From an uncultured Eubacteriales bacterium (lineage in GTDB: Bacteria > Bacillota > Clostridia > Oscillospirales > Acutalibacteraceae): a stretch of 64,000 nucleotides of DNA. Shown here piece by piece: positions 9,473 through 18,382 of the stretch (the stretch's first letter is position 1; each line of letters starts with the position of its first letter). Where the stretch lies: positions 89,542 through 153,541 of the forward strand of contig CAYJKT010000001.1 in NCBI GenBank assembly GCA_964370775.1. Direction: 5' to 3'. The notes beneath the pieces were generated by a model. That model worked only from the letters and a program-made list of their open reading frames with translations. It did not search any database and had not been told where the DNA came from. A program made the position numbers and the translations under genes.

Positions 9473-10121
9473 GATGTATTATTTTTTCATGTCGATTAGC
9501 AACCTCTAAATCGTGAGTAACAGTGATAATAGTGGTGTTAAAATCGTGGTTCATTTTAAAAAGTAAATTAATGATATTATCCTTGTTTTCACCATCTAAA
9601 GAAGCAGTAGGTTCATCGCACAAAATAAGCTGAGGTTTCATAATTATAGCACGTGCAAATACAGCACGAGATTTTTCGCCACCAGAGCACTCTATTGGTT
9701 TCTTTTTTAATATTGATGAAATACCGATTGAATTAACGATATTTTCAAAACCTTTTGATAAATCATTTTTATGAGAAGTTGCGTACAGTAAAGGTAGCTT
9801 GATATTTTCTTCAATAGTTAAAGAATGAATTAAAGCTGATTCTTGAAGAACAAAACCAATCTTTTGATTACGCAATGTTGCTAGTTGTGTTAAATTCAAA
9901 GCGTCAGTTACAGAGCCAAAAAGCGTGTAATTGCCAATATAATGTGTGTCTAGCAAACCAAGAATATTGAGTAAAGTAGTTTTTCCTACGCCTGATTTTC
10001 CTACAATTGCAATTTTTTCACCAGCATATACTTCAAGATCAAAACCATTTAAAATTGAAAGATGTTGCTTTTTGCTTTTATATATTTTTTCGTGAATATT
10101 TAGGTCAATAATCTTTTTCAT
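9456..10121 (-). CDS. ABC transporter ATP-binding protein (MacB/FtsE/LolD-type)
   Basis: Walker A GKSGVGKTT, signature CSGGEKSRAVFARAI, Walker B ILCDEPTASLD; start trimmed to MKKIIDLN whose ATG overlaps permease stop (ATGA). Confidence 0.85.
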   Translation of the reverse strand: MKKIIDLNIHEKIYKSKKQHLSILNGFDLEVYAGEKIAIVGKSGVGKTTLLNILGLLDTHYIGNYTLFGSVTDALNLTQLATLRNQKIGFVLQESALIHSLTIEENIKLPLLYATSHKNDLSKGFENIVNSIGISSILKKKPIECSGGEKSRAVFARAIIMKPQLILCDEPTASLDGENKDNIINLLFKMNHDFNTTIITVTHDLEVANRHEKIIHLERVV

Positions 10122-11338
10122 TGTAACACCCCCAAAGAAATTGGAACTTTTTTTATTCTCCATATCACGACTTCGACAATAATTATCCCAATAATAATAT
10201 CAAAAAATAGCACTGCCAATAATGCGACCCAATCAATCTCAGCTAAGCCGAGGAAACCGAATGTAGCGAAGAAAAGCTCTTTTCTTGCCCAAAATCCGTA
10301 TCTTGAATATGCAGTTGTAGCAAAAAGTGCAACTAAATTTATTAAAAACAATATTCCATAGTAGCCATAAAAAATCTGTTTCAATCTCGAATAGCTTAAT
10401 CCAACAAACAAGTTAATGGTAAAATCTTTAATCATAAGGCGTATACCAACTAATGAACTCCAAACAGAAAGACAAGTTAAAATTATTACAACGATTATTG
10501 TTATTACACCAATGGTCTTTAATGAACTGAAATAATATTGATTAAAAAACTCAAAATTCTCTTGTTGCGTATTAAATTTAAAGTCTAAGCCTAAATTATC
10601 TTGAATAACTTCGCTTAATTCCTCAATTTTATCTTTTGAAGTTTGAACAAGTATAATGTCGAAAAGCCCATTAAGGTGAAGTCCAATATTTGAATTAGCT
10701 ATAAATTCTTCAGTTATAGGTAAAATAACAGAAAAATTATAATACTGTTTTGAACTGATTGCATAAAGATTAGAATGATATATATCCTGTTTCAAAATGC
10801 CTTGGACTTTCAGCGTTATAGTTTTTTCGAGTACAGGGTCTTCAATATTGAATGTAGAACCTAACGGATATGTTTCGCTTAACCCTTTTCCAATCAAAAC
10901 AGGAATTTCTATATCTCCATCAAAACTGTAATCAAAAACCAAATTTTCCCCTTGTGATATTTCAAATTGCTTATTCAAGTTATAATATTCTTCATTTATA
11001 TAAGCCACCGATACTTCCATATCATAAGTATTAGGTACTGGGATGGTAAATCCATCTGTAAACAAAGCATAGTTTAAATTATCATTTAAATAGTCGTAAA
11101 CTTTTTGTGTATCATCTTTATCAAGTATACCCATATCACTATCAATGCTTAAATTTGCAATATAATTACCTTCTTGATTTAAATATTTTATTTCATTATA
11201 CCCTTGCAGAGTAGATGTGACTGAACGAGTGGCAGTGAAAATTAGGTAATTACTCAAAAAGATCAATAAAAACACACCCAATATAATCATAGCCTTTCTT
11301 AGAAAAAATTTTACTATAAAAAAATTAAAGATTTTCAA
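10118..11338 (-). CDS. ABC transporter permease, FtsX-like (MacB/HrtB-type: N-terminal TM, about 230-aa extracytoplasmic domain, C-terminal 3-TM FtsX module)
   Basis: 406 aa; topology from hydrophobic segments; immediately followed by and coupled to ABC ATPase. Confidence 0.65.
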   Translation of the reverse strand: MKIFNFFIVKFFLRKAMIILGVFLLIFLSNYLIFTATRSVTSTLQGYNEIKYLNQEGNYIANLSIDSDMGILDKDDTQKVYDYLNDNLNYALFTDGFTIPVPNTYDMEVSVAYINEEYYNLNKQFEISQGENLVFDYSFDGDIEIPVLIGKGLSETYPLGSTFNIEDPVLEKTITLKVQGILKQDIYHSNLYAISSKQYYNFSVILPITEEFIANSNIGLHLNGLFDIILVQTSKDKIEELSEVIQDNLGLDFKFNTQQENFEFFNQYYFSSLKTIGVITIIVVIILTCLSVWSSLVGIRLMIKDFTINLFVGLSYSRLKQIFYGYYGILFLINLVALFATTAYSRYGFWARKELFFATFGFLGLAEIDWVALLAVLFFDIIIGIIIVEVVIWRIKKVPISLGVLQ

Positions 11339-11771
11339 ATTTTCTAACCTCCCTCGAACTGATTAATATATATATAACAAAAATACAAAATAAGTAAATG
11401 CTATTCTCTAAGTGTATATTCAAAATAATATTGACAATTAATGATAAGAAAAAAACAATTCCTAACATCATCAAACATTCAAGAACATAGCGAGTAATAA
11501 TGGCTTGCACGGTATCTCCTACAATAAATCTGCAATATACTTCCACCTTTTTTTTACGTAACACTTGGTAATGAAAAATTACCACGATGATTGAAAGAAA
11601 CAAGATAATATACTTTTGATAATTATACAATTGCATTAAAAAAATTTCCATGAGATGCGAATCTATACTTACTGTTTTAACAAAATCAAATATTATATTG
11701 AAAGCAAAGCAAAGCATATAGCAACTAAGTAATTCCAATCTATCTACATATCTAAACAAAGATTTACTCAT
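11325..11771 (-). CDS. hypothetical polytopic membrane protein (about 4 TM), 148 aa
   Basis: Hydrophobic segments; RBS AAGGAGAG; overlaps permease start by 14 nt, 27 nt after XRE gene stop. Confidence 0.45.
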   Translation of the reverse strand: MSKSLFRYVDRLELLSCYMLCFAFNIIFDFVKTVSIDSHLMEIFLMQLYNYQKYIILFLSIIVVIFHYQVLRKKKVEVYCRFIVGDTVQAIITRYVLECLMMLGIVFFLSLIVNIILNIHLENSIYLFCIFVIYILISSREVRKFENL

Positions 11772-11798
11772 TTATCTCTCCTTTTATGATGGCATATA

Positions 11799-12305
11799 TC
11801 ATCTTTTTCGTGTAAGAAATATTCCGATAATCGAACCTAGTAATGCTATTGGTGCTAATCGTACAAATAACCATTCGATACCGTGTAAAATTGTTCCTGC
11901 AACAGCTAAATCAGGTTTGCTATAATCCCATTCTAAATACGAACTGTTCATTAATAATAAGATTACAAAAAGTGCTACTATAGCCAAACTCACCGAAATG
12001 AAAAACACATGTAGCACTTTTCGTCTGGTGGCAATTATTTTAGATAATTGCAAATTGACTATCTCTAATTTCTCGGATATAGCTTTTAAGTCATCTGCAT
12101 TTTCTTGTGTAATGGATTCGCCAAGCAAAACACTTACTGGTGTTTCAAGATGTTCAGATATTAAAAGCAACATTTCTGAATCCGGAACAGACAATCCTTT
12201 CTCCCATTTTGATATAGTTTGTCGCACAACATTTAACTTTATAGCAAGTTCTTCTTGAGAAAGTCCTTTTGATTTTCTTATTATTTTAATATTTTCATTT
12301 AACAT
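11799..12305 (-). CDS. XRE-family helix-turn-helix transcriptional regulator with two C-terminal transmembrane helices (membrane-anchored)
   Basis: MLNENIKIIRKSKGLSQEELAIKLNVVRQTISKWEKGLSVPDSEMLLLISEHL is a canonical HTH_XRE; C-terminal VLHVFFISVSLAIVALFVILLLM and LAPIALLGSIIGIFLT helices; start set at ATG after AAGGGAGG RBS (track ORF extended upstream through the promoter). Confidence 0.7.
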   Translation of the reverse strand: MLNENIKIIRKSKGLSQEELAIKLNVVRQTISKWEKGLSVPDSEMLLLISEHLETPVSVLLGESITQENADDLKAISEKLEIVNLQLSKIIATRRKVLHVFFISVSLAIVALFVILLLMNSSYLEWDYSKPDLAVAGTILHGIEWLFVRLAPIALLGSIIGIFLTRKR

Positions 12306-12426
12306 GGTAAATACCTCCCTTATATTTGAAATTATAACCGATTTTTGCCCATTGCCACAAGCAACGCATGTTAACATTAGTGTTTTTCTTAAGAAAATAA
12401 GCAAAAAACTATCATACCGACAAAAT

Positions 12427-12465
12427 TAAGGCATAGACCGAACTAATTAGTTGCAATCTATGCCT
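12427..12465 (-). terminator. hairpin aaggcatag-N21-ctatgcctt just downstream of GGDEF/EAL gene stop
   Basis: 9-bp perfect inverted repeat 7 nt after stop codon on minus strand, followed by AATTTTGTC. Confidence 0.45.
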
Positions 12466-12471
12466 TTAAAT

Positions 12472-14679
12472 TTATTTATCCAAAAGTTCCTCAAATTCTT
12501 CTGATTTCATAGGTCTTGCGAAGTAGTAACCTTGAACAGAATAACAATTAACAGTACGTAAAAACTCTACTTGATCCTCGTACTCAATTCCTTCTGCTAC
12601 AACCTTAGAGCCTAAGCTAGTGATTAGATTGATAATACCTCGTAGAACGGTTTTTGCATTTTCACGATACTCCTCAGGGCAAGCGAAGAAAGTTCTATCA
12701 AGCTTAACAATGTCGAACTTATATTCTTTTAACATACCTAGCGCTGAATGACCAGAGCCAAAGTCGTCAATTGCTACCTTAAAGCCTGATTTGCGTAATG
12801 ATTGAAGTACATTGTTTAAGATATCTGCATTTTCTATAACTGCTGTTTCTGTGAGTTCTATCTCAAGATAGTCGACAGGAGTATTATGAGTATTAGCGAT
12901 TTCACGTATACGTTGTACAAAATCTGGGTTTAAAAGATGACGTCTTGAAAAGTTAACGGATATTGGAACACAAGGTTTATTCTCGCTTAATCTTCTGGAA
13001 ATTAGCTTGCAAGCAGTAGCGAAAATATATTCATCTAGAGTTGTGATAAAACCATTTTTCTCAAATAATGGTATAAAATCATTTGGGAAAACCATATTTC
13101 CGTCACTTTCGAACCAACGAACTAGAGCCTCTGCACCTACTATTGCGTTTTTCTCTAAATTATATTTTGGTTGTAAAAACATCTTGAATTCATCGTTTTT
13201 AAGCGAGTCTTCCATTTTGTTAGTAAGCTCTGTCATTCTTAGCCAATGGTTTTTGAAATCTTCATCATAATCATGCATTGCCCACCCTGATTGAGCACGA
13301 GCATAACCGTGTGCAATACTAACCTTGTTAATCATTTCTTCTACATTGTTTTCACTTTTCTCTAAAAAATATCTTCCATATCTAAAAACGAATATATGTT
13401 TTTTAAGTTCAGGTGATAATTGCCTCAATCTCTCGTTGTATTTTTCTCTGTTAGCAAAAAAATCAGTTACTTTAGATTTTTCAGCAAGTACTAAAAATTC
13501 ATCAGATCCAGTTCTTGCTACTTCTAATACCTTGCCTTTCATGCTTTTAATGATATTAGCCATTTCGCAAATTACTGCATCACCTGCATCTGAGCCAAAA
13601 GCTTCGTTAATTACTTTAAAGTTCTCTATATCGCCTTTTAACAAGATATAATTTGTGCCGTCAAAATTAGGGTTGTCGATAATTTTTTTCGTATTAAGTT
13701 TAAATTTAACAAGGTTTGAAACACCTGTTAGCTTATCATAGTATGCTTCTTTTTCAATCTGCTCAACTGTCTTTTTTCGCGCCCATAATATGTAAATTAT
13801 TAAAGCAGAAAAAACTAAAATCAAGCTGACACTTATTATTATCAAGCTAGAGATTATAGTGTCTCCGCTGCTAGACAAGTCACTTTCTGATATTTCAAAA
13901 AACAAACTCCAGTCATCTATACCAAGTGGGATATACTCACCCAACTTTTTTTCGCCAGCAATAGAAAAAGTTACGTCACCAGATGTCAAAGTAGAAAAAT
14001 CATTTAATATGTCACTATACTGCTTTCCGTCTTCAAAATCTGCACCTTTAAAGTTTTCTAAAGAGATAGGGAACGGGTAAGTGTGAAACATAATATCGCC
14101 AGCTGAATTAACAATCATAGAAGACCCACGACTATCTGTAACACCTACTAGCTGTGTAGCGAGGTCTTGTACGTCATACTCTGCAATTATTACTCCTTTT
14201 ATTTCTCCGTTAAAATAAATAGGTGCGCTTATTGTCAGTACAGAACTAGAAGAGTAATTAGATTCATAAATACTAGTCATTTCTACTTCACCATTTACTG
14301 CAGATATAAAATTAGGCTGAGTAGACACATCCGTATTATCTCCGTGTGAAGTAATTGCTTTTCCGTCAGTATTTGCTAGAATTATAGTTTCAATCTCAAA
14401 TTCCTCAACCCATAATTCCATTGATTTGTACAAAGTTTCATTATCAAAACCTATGTACCTAATAACGTCAACTATACCCTTTATATTGTCTTCTTTGTTA
14501 TGAATAATAAGCGATACTGCTTGGCTCTGTTCGTTAGCCATATCTTTAAGTGTAGATTTTGCAGAAGTTTCAAGCTCATTATACACCATATTATTGAACC
14601 ACAAAACAGCAAACAAATTAAGAATAAAGATAGCTAACATAATAACTATAATGATTATTCCTTTATTTTTTTTCTCCAT
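12472..14679 (-). CDS. c-di-GMP signalling protein: N-terminal TM + extracytoplasmic Cache-like sensor + TM + degenerate GGDEF (GSDEF) + EAL phosphodiesterase domain
   Basis: 735 aa; GGDEF region with ...RTGSDEFLVLAE (GG to GS); EAL motifs EALVRW, DDFGSGHSALGMLKEYKFDIVKLD; N-terminal signal/TM MEKKNKGIIIIVIMLAIFILNLFAVLWF. Confidence 0.85.
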   Translation of the reverse strand: MEKKNKGIIIIVIMLAIFILNLFAVLWFNNMVYNELETSAKSTLKDMANEQSQAVSLIIHNKEDNIKGIVDVIRYIGFDNETLYKSMELWVEEFEIETIILANTDGKAITSHGDNTDVSTQPNFISAVNGEVEMTSIYESNYSSSSVLTISAPIYFNGEIKGVIIAEYDVQDLATQLVGVTDSRGSSMIVNSAGDIMFHTYPFPISLENFKGADFEDGKQYSDILNDFSTLTSGDVTFSIAGEKKLGEYIPLGIDDWSLFFEISESDLSSSGDTIISSLIIISVSLILVFSALIIYILWARKKTVEQIEKEAYYDKLTGVSNLVKFKLNTKKIIDNPNFDGTNYILLKGDIENFKVINEAFGSDAGDAVICEMANIIKSMKGKVLEVARTGSDEFLVLAEKSKVTDFFANREKYNERLRQLSPELKKHIFVFRYGRYFLEKSENNVEEMINKVSIAHGYARAQSGWAMHDYDEDFKNHWLRMTELTNKMEDSLKNDEFKMFLQPKYNLEKNAIVGAEALVRWFESDGNMVFPNDFIPLFEKNGFITTLDEYIFATACKLISRRLSENKPCVPISVNFSRRHLLNPDFVQRIREIANTHNTPVDYLEIELTETAVIENADILNNVLQSLRKSGFKVAIDDFGSGHSALGMLKEYKFDIVKLDRTFFACPEEYRENAKTVLRGIINLITSLGSKVVAEGIEYEDQVEFLRTVNCYSVQGYYFARPMKSEEFEELLDK

Positions 14680-14687
14680 AATATAAA

Positions 14688-14716
14688 ACCTCCATATACC
14701 AAGCTAGTATATGGAG
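14688..14716 (-). promoter_or_regulatory. terminator-like hairpin in 5' UTR of GGDEF/EAL gene that sequesters its Shine-Dalgarno (cctccatatac-loop-gtatatggagg, then UUUUAUAU, then AUG)
   Basis: Perfect 11-bp stem; 3' arm contains GGAGG 9 nt before the ATG; no room for a promoter between hairpin and start codon, so hairpin must be inside the transcript. Confidence 0.5.
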
Positions 14717-14797
14717 GAAGCTTTAACTATCACGCTTACTTTAAACTCTTACATACTCACTTAACATAGAAATAGATATGATATATTTATATTGCTA

Positions 14798-14830
14798 ATT
14801 ATATCATTCTTGCCATGGTAAGTAAAGTGT
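14798..14830 (-). promoter_or_regulatory. candidate sigma-A promoter for GGDEF/EAL gene (extended -10 TGATATAAT, -35 TTTACT)
   Basis: Minus-strand sequence cTTTACT-17nt-TATAAT with TGn extension about 110 nt upstream of ATG. Confidence 0.35.
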
Positions 14831-14883
14831 AAATTTGTTAAATTATGAGATATTATAAATCTTTAATAGAATTAAATTGTTTG

Positions 14884-15804
14884 TCAAAATTCAGTATAAA
14901 TATATTTATCACTGTTAACAGGTGAATACGTAAACTTATCTATATGGTTTTCCGTGTAGAAATATTTTGGGTTTTCAGGATTATATGTATAATCAAAAGT
15001 CTCTATAATAATCAGTTTAATTTTCATTCTCGATGGAATGATACATTTAATAAACACACTTGCTTGTTGACCAACGCTTACATTCTCTTTAAGTTCTGCA
15101 AGACCTGCTAAATTAGGCGCAAGCTCCACAAACACACCGTAATTTTCAATGCTTCTAACTATTCCGGCAACTGTCTCGCCAGCGTTAAACAGAGCTGCAT
15201 TTTCTTCCCAAGTACCTAAAAGCTCTTTGTGAGAAATTGTAATTCTGCCATTGTCTATGCTTTTTACAACAGCCTTAATATTCATGCCTATTGTAAATCT
15301 CTCTGCTGGGTGCTCAATTCTTGATATAGAAATAAAATCTATTGGCATTAGTGCAACCACGCCACAACCAATGTCAGCAAACGCACCAAAGGCTTCCATG
15401 TGAGTGATTTTTGCATCGATTACATCGCCAACTTTTAGCTGATTAAGATAGTTTTCTTTGCACATTTCTTGCGCCTTACGTCGTGATAGTACAGCGAAGA
15501 TATTCCCGTTTTCATCTCTGTCAAAATCAGTGATAACAAAACAAACAGGCTTGTTTACCCTAGATATAATCGCAATGTCACGCACAGTACCTTCTTTAAT
15601 ACCAATAGCTCCTTCTTCTCTTGGTATAATACCTTTCATACACCCTAAATCAACCACAATATTGTGCTTACTATCACACACAACTGCTCTAGCCTCAAGA
15701 ATTTTTTTGTCATAACATGCTTCCGATAGCCCTGTTACAGAACTTAAATATAACTTATTCTCTTGTGTTTGGGATAAATAACCCTCAGGTAGGTATTTCA
15801 TCAA
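14884..15804 (-). CDS. S1 RNA-binding domain protein (two S1 domains)
   Basis: 306 aa; S1-like segments GDVIDAKITHMEAFGAFADIG and GETVAGIVRSIENYGVFVELAPNLAGLAE. Confidence 0.55.
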   Translation of the reverse strand: MMKYLPEGYLSQTQENKLYLSSVTGLSEACYDKKILEARAVVCDSKHNIVVDLGCMKGIIPREEGAIGIKEGTVRDIAIISRVNKPVCFVITDFDRDENGNIFAVLSRRKAQEMCKENYLNQLKVGDVIDAKITHMEAFGAFADIGCGVVALMPIDFISISRIEHPAERFTIGMNIKAVVKSIDNGRITISHKELLGTWEENAALFNAGETVAGIVRSIENYGVFVELAPNLAGLAELKENVSVGQQASVFIKCIIPSRMKIKLIIIETFDYTYNPENPKYFYTENHIDKFTYSPVNSDKYIYTEF

Positions 15805-15943
15805 TAATCATCCTTTCTTTTTATACGGCATAATAATATATATGAAAAAGACACATAATAATTACATAAAAAATAAAATACTTGAATTTTTTTAAAAAAT
15901 AGTATAAAATAAAGGCTAGAACGTAATTTGAAAGGAATAATAT

Positions 15944-16771
15944 ATGAAGAAAATTTTTATTGCAATATTAGCTGTAAGCATGGCTTTTTCTATGGTATCA
16001 TGCACAAGCAATGCCGAAAAAACACAGGAGGCTGTTTTAGGAACAACTGACGTAGTAGCTATGGAGGACTTGGAAGCTGTTGGAACGGTAGAACCTGTTG
16101 GTTTTCAGCTAGACATGCCACAAGTAGGTGAAGAAGTAGCGATTATTACAACAAACCAAGGCGTAATTAAGATGAGATTTTTCCCAGAGATTGCACCAAA
16201 AACAGTTTACAATTTTAAAAAACATGCTATTGACGGATACTATGACGGTGTGACTTTCCACAGAGTTATCGAAGACTTTATGATACAAGGTGGCGACCCA
16301 GAGGGTACAGGCGCTGGCGGCGAGAGCGTGTGGGGAACAGCGTTTGAGGACGAGTTCTCTGACAAATTGTTAAACATTCCAGGTTCTGTTGCTATGGCAA
16401 ACTCTGGTGCTAACACAAACGGTTCACAGTTCTTTATCAATACAAATACAACTGCTCCTGACTGGGCTACGTATGAGACATATTTTGGATACTATGAAGA
16501 AGACGAAGAAAGCTTTTTAGCACAAATTCCTAGCGGTACAGTTGATATGTCAAAAGTATCTGAGGATTTAAAAACTTTCTATTCTGAGCAAGGTGGTAAC
16601 ATCTTCCTAGACGGTGGACTTAATGTTATTCATTATGGACACACTGTTTTTGCACAAGTTTATGAGGGTTATGACATTGTTGTGGGCATATCTGAAGTAG
16701 ATACAGATGGCAGTGATAAACCAGTTGAACCAGTTATCATTGAGAGCATTGAAATTGTGGCATACGAATAA
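15944..16771 (+). CDS. peptidyl-prolyl cis-trans isomerase, cyclophilin type, lipoprotein
   Basis: Lipobox MVSC-T; cyclophilin motifs YDGVTFHRVIEDFMIQGGDP, SVAMANSGANTNGSQFFINT. Confidence 0.85.
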   Translation: MKKIFIAILAVSMAFSMVSCTSNAEKTQEAVLGTTDVVAMEDLEAVGTVEPVGFQLDMPQVGEEVAIITTNQGVIKMRFFPEIAPKTVYNFKKHAIDGYYDGVTFHRVIEDFMIQGGDPEGTGAGGESVWGTAFEDEFSDKLLNIPGSVAMANSGANTNGSQFFINTNTTAPDWATYETYFGYYEEDEESFLAQIPSGTVDMSKVSEDLKTFYSEQGGNIFLDGGLNVIHYGHTVFAQVYEGYDIVVGISEVDTDGSDKPVEPVIIESIEIVAYE

Positions 16772-16777
16772 AATTTT

Positions 16778-16803
16778 GGGAGGGTTCGCCCTCCCTTTTG
16801 TTT
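16778..16803 (+). terminator. rho-independent terminator after cyclophilin gene (gggaggg-ttcg-ccctccc + TTTTGTTT)
   Basis: 7-bp GC stem, tetraloop, T-tract. Confidence 0.7.
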
Positions 16804-16814
16804 AAGGGGAAAAA

Positions 16815-18356
16815 ATGGAATACATAATCATTATATTGCTAATAATAAGTATAGGCTTAAACATATTTATGCTTATTAAGTCACAAAATAAAAAAGATAA
16901 TTCATCTGAGATATTAAGTTTGATTGACGACACAAGCAGTAAAACAAAAAGTGAAGTAGTGACAGAGTTTGATAAGGCTCAAAAAAATACTATTGATTTT
17001 GTGCAAAAACAGTTAGAGATGTATAGCTCTAACCAAGTTAACACACAAAAACAACTTGCAGATATTGAAAGCAAAAGGTTTAGTGATTTTTCAGAGAATA
17101 CACAGAACTCTATTACCAATTTAAGAGAAACAGTTAACGAAATGTCGCTAAGAACAGACAAACGTTTTGTAGATTTTCAAAAACAAAACGAAGAAAGTCT
17201 TCAAAATAATATTGATTTTGTGCGAAAACAGCTAGAGACTTATAGCTCTAACCAAGTTAACACACAAAAACAACTTGCAGATATTGAAAGCAAAAGGTTT
17301 AGTGATTTTTCAGAGAACACACAGAACTCTATCACAAATTTAAGACGAACAGTTAACGAGATGTTGCAAACAACGGACAAGCGTTTTGTAGATTTTCAAA
17401 AACAAAACGAAGAAAGTCTTGAGAAAATGCGTAGCACACTAGAGAAAAAAGTTGTGGATATGCAAGTTAGCAACGAGAAAAAGCTTGATGAAATGCGTGC
17501 TACTGTAGACGAAAAACTGCAAAAAACATTAAATGACAGAATTAGCGAAAGCTTTAAAGTTGTTAGTGAAAGACTTGAACAAGTGTATAAATCTTTAGGA
17601 GAAATGCAAAAACTTAGCACAGGTGTTGATGATCTTAAAAAAGTGTTATCGAACGTTAAAACAAGAGGTATATTAGGCGAAGTTCAACTAGGGGCGATAC
17701 TAGAGCAAATTCTTAACAAAGAGCAATATGTGGAGAACTTCCCAACTAAAAAAGGGTCAAACGACAGGGTAGAATTTGCTGTTAAATTACCAGGTGATGA
17801 CAATGATTTTGTGTATCTGCCAATAGATGCGAAATTCCCAATGGACGCGTATCAAAACCTTTTAGAAGCGTATGACAGTGCAGACAAAGCGAAAGTTGAT
17901 GAGATGTCTAAGGTGTTGATTAATAGAATTAAAGGCTTTGCAAAAGACATTAAGAACAAGTATATTGATGTGCCACACACAACAGAATTTGCTGTAATGT
18001 TCTTGCCGATTGAGGGTTTATATGCAGAGGTTGTAAGGCTAGGTCTTGTTGAGCAATTACAAGCAGATAAGATAAACATTGCAGGGCCTACAACAATGGC
18101 GGCGTTGTTAAGTAGTTTGCAAATGGGATTTAAAACTCTGGCAATACAAAAACGTTCTAGCGAGGTTTGGAAAGTTCTAGAGGGTGTAAAACAAGAGTTC
18201 ACAAAATTTGGAGATGCACTAGAAAAAACAAGACAAAGAATGAAGCAAACTTCTGATGAACTTGATAAACTTGTGACAACTAGAACCAACGCAATTAATA
18301 GAAAGCTTAGAGATGTAAGCACAATTGACGGAATAGACAGTGGAAATGAAGAATAG
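16815..18356 (+). CDS. rmuC: DNA recombination protein RmuC, with internal in-frame tandem duplication
   Basis: C-terminal RmuC core VLSNVKTRGILGEVQLGAILEQIL...YLPIDAKFPMDAYQ; N-terminal coiled-coil region. Confidence 0.8.
   Translation: MEYIIIILLIISIGLNIFMLIKSQNKKDNSSEILSLIDDTSSKTKSEVVTEFDKAQKNTIDFVQKQLEMYSSNQVNTQKQLADIESKRFSDFSENTQNSITNLRETVNEMSLRTDKRFVDFQKQNEESLQNNIDFVRKQLETYSSNQVNTQKQLADIESKRFSDFSENTQNSITNLRRTVNEMLQTTDKRFVDFQKQNEESLEKMRSTLEKKVVDMQVSNEKKLDEMRATVDEKLQKTLNDRISESFKVVSERLEQVYKSLGEMQKLSTGVDDLKKVLSNVKTRGILGEVQLGAILEQILNKEQYVENFPTKKGSNDRVEFAVKLPGDDNDFVYLPIDAKFPMDAYQNLLEAYDSADKAKVDEMSKVLINRIKGFAKDIKNKYIDVPHTTEFAVMFLPIEGLYAEVVRLGLVEQLQADKINIAGPTTMAALLSSLQMGFKTLAIQKRSSEVWKVLEGVKQEFTKFGDALEKTRQRMKQTSDELDKLVTTRTNAINRKLRDVSTIDGIDSGNEE
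16992..17429 (+). repeat. 2 x 219-bp in-frame tandem repeat (73 aa each, about 90 percent nt identity) inside rmuC
   Basis: attgattttgtgc(a/g)aaaacag... unit restarts at 17211; protein repeat IDFV(Q/R)KQLE.YSSNQVNTQKQLADIESKRFSDFSENTQNSITNLR.TVNEM...DKRFVDFQKQNEESL. Confidence 0.85.
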
Positions 18357-18382
18357 TTATAATAAAGAAAATAGAGGCAATT

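Noticed and set aside
12306-12404. N-terminal extensions of track ORFs (MLIFLRKTLMLTCVACGNGQ... on the XRE gene; MGGFG on the NACHT gene; MGGN on acyltransferase and ABC genes; MENKKSSNFFGGVT on ABC ATPase; MPKGNLFSKGRNKT on SBP 3)
   Set aside because: Extensions run through the RBS/promoter of the real start (e.g. AAGGGAGG-ATG at 12305, GGGAGG-ATG at 25819); paralog/homolog alignment supports the shorter starts.
14717-14883. c-di-GMP (GEMM) riboswitch upstream of the GGDEF/EAL gene
   Set aside because: Leader from the only plausible promoter is about 110 nt and I could not recognise GEMM P1/P2 features; retained only as a generic RBS-sequestering attenuator hairpin.
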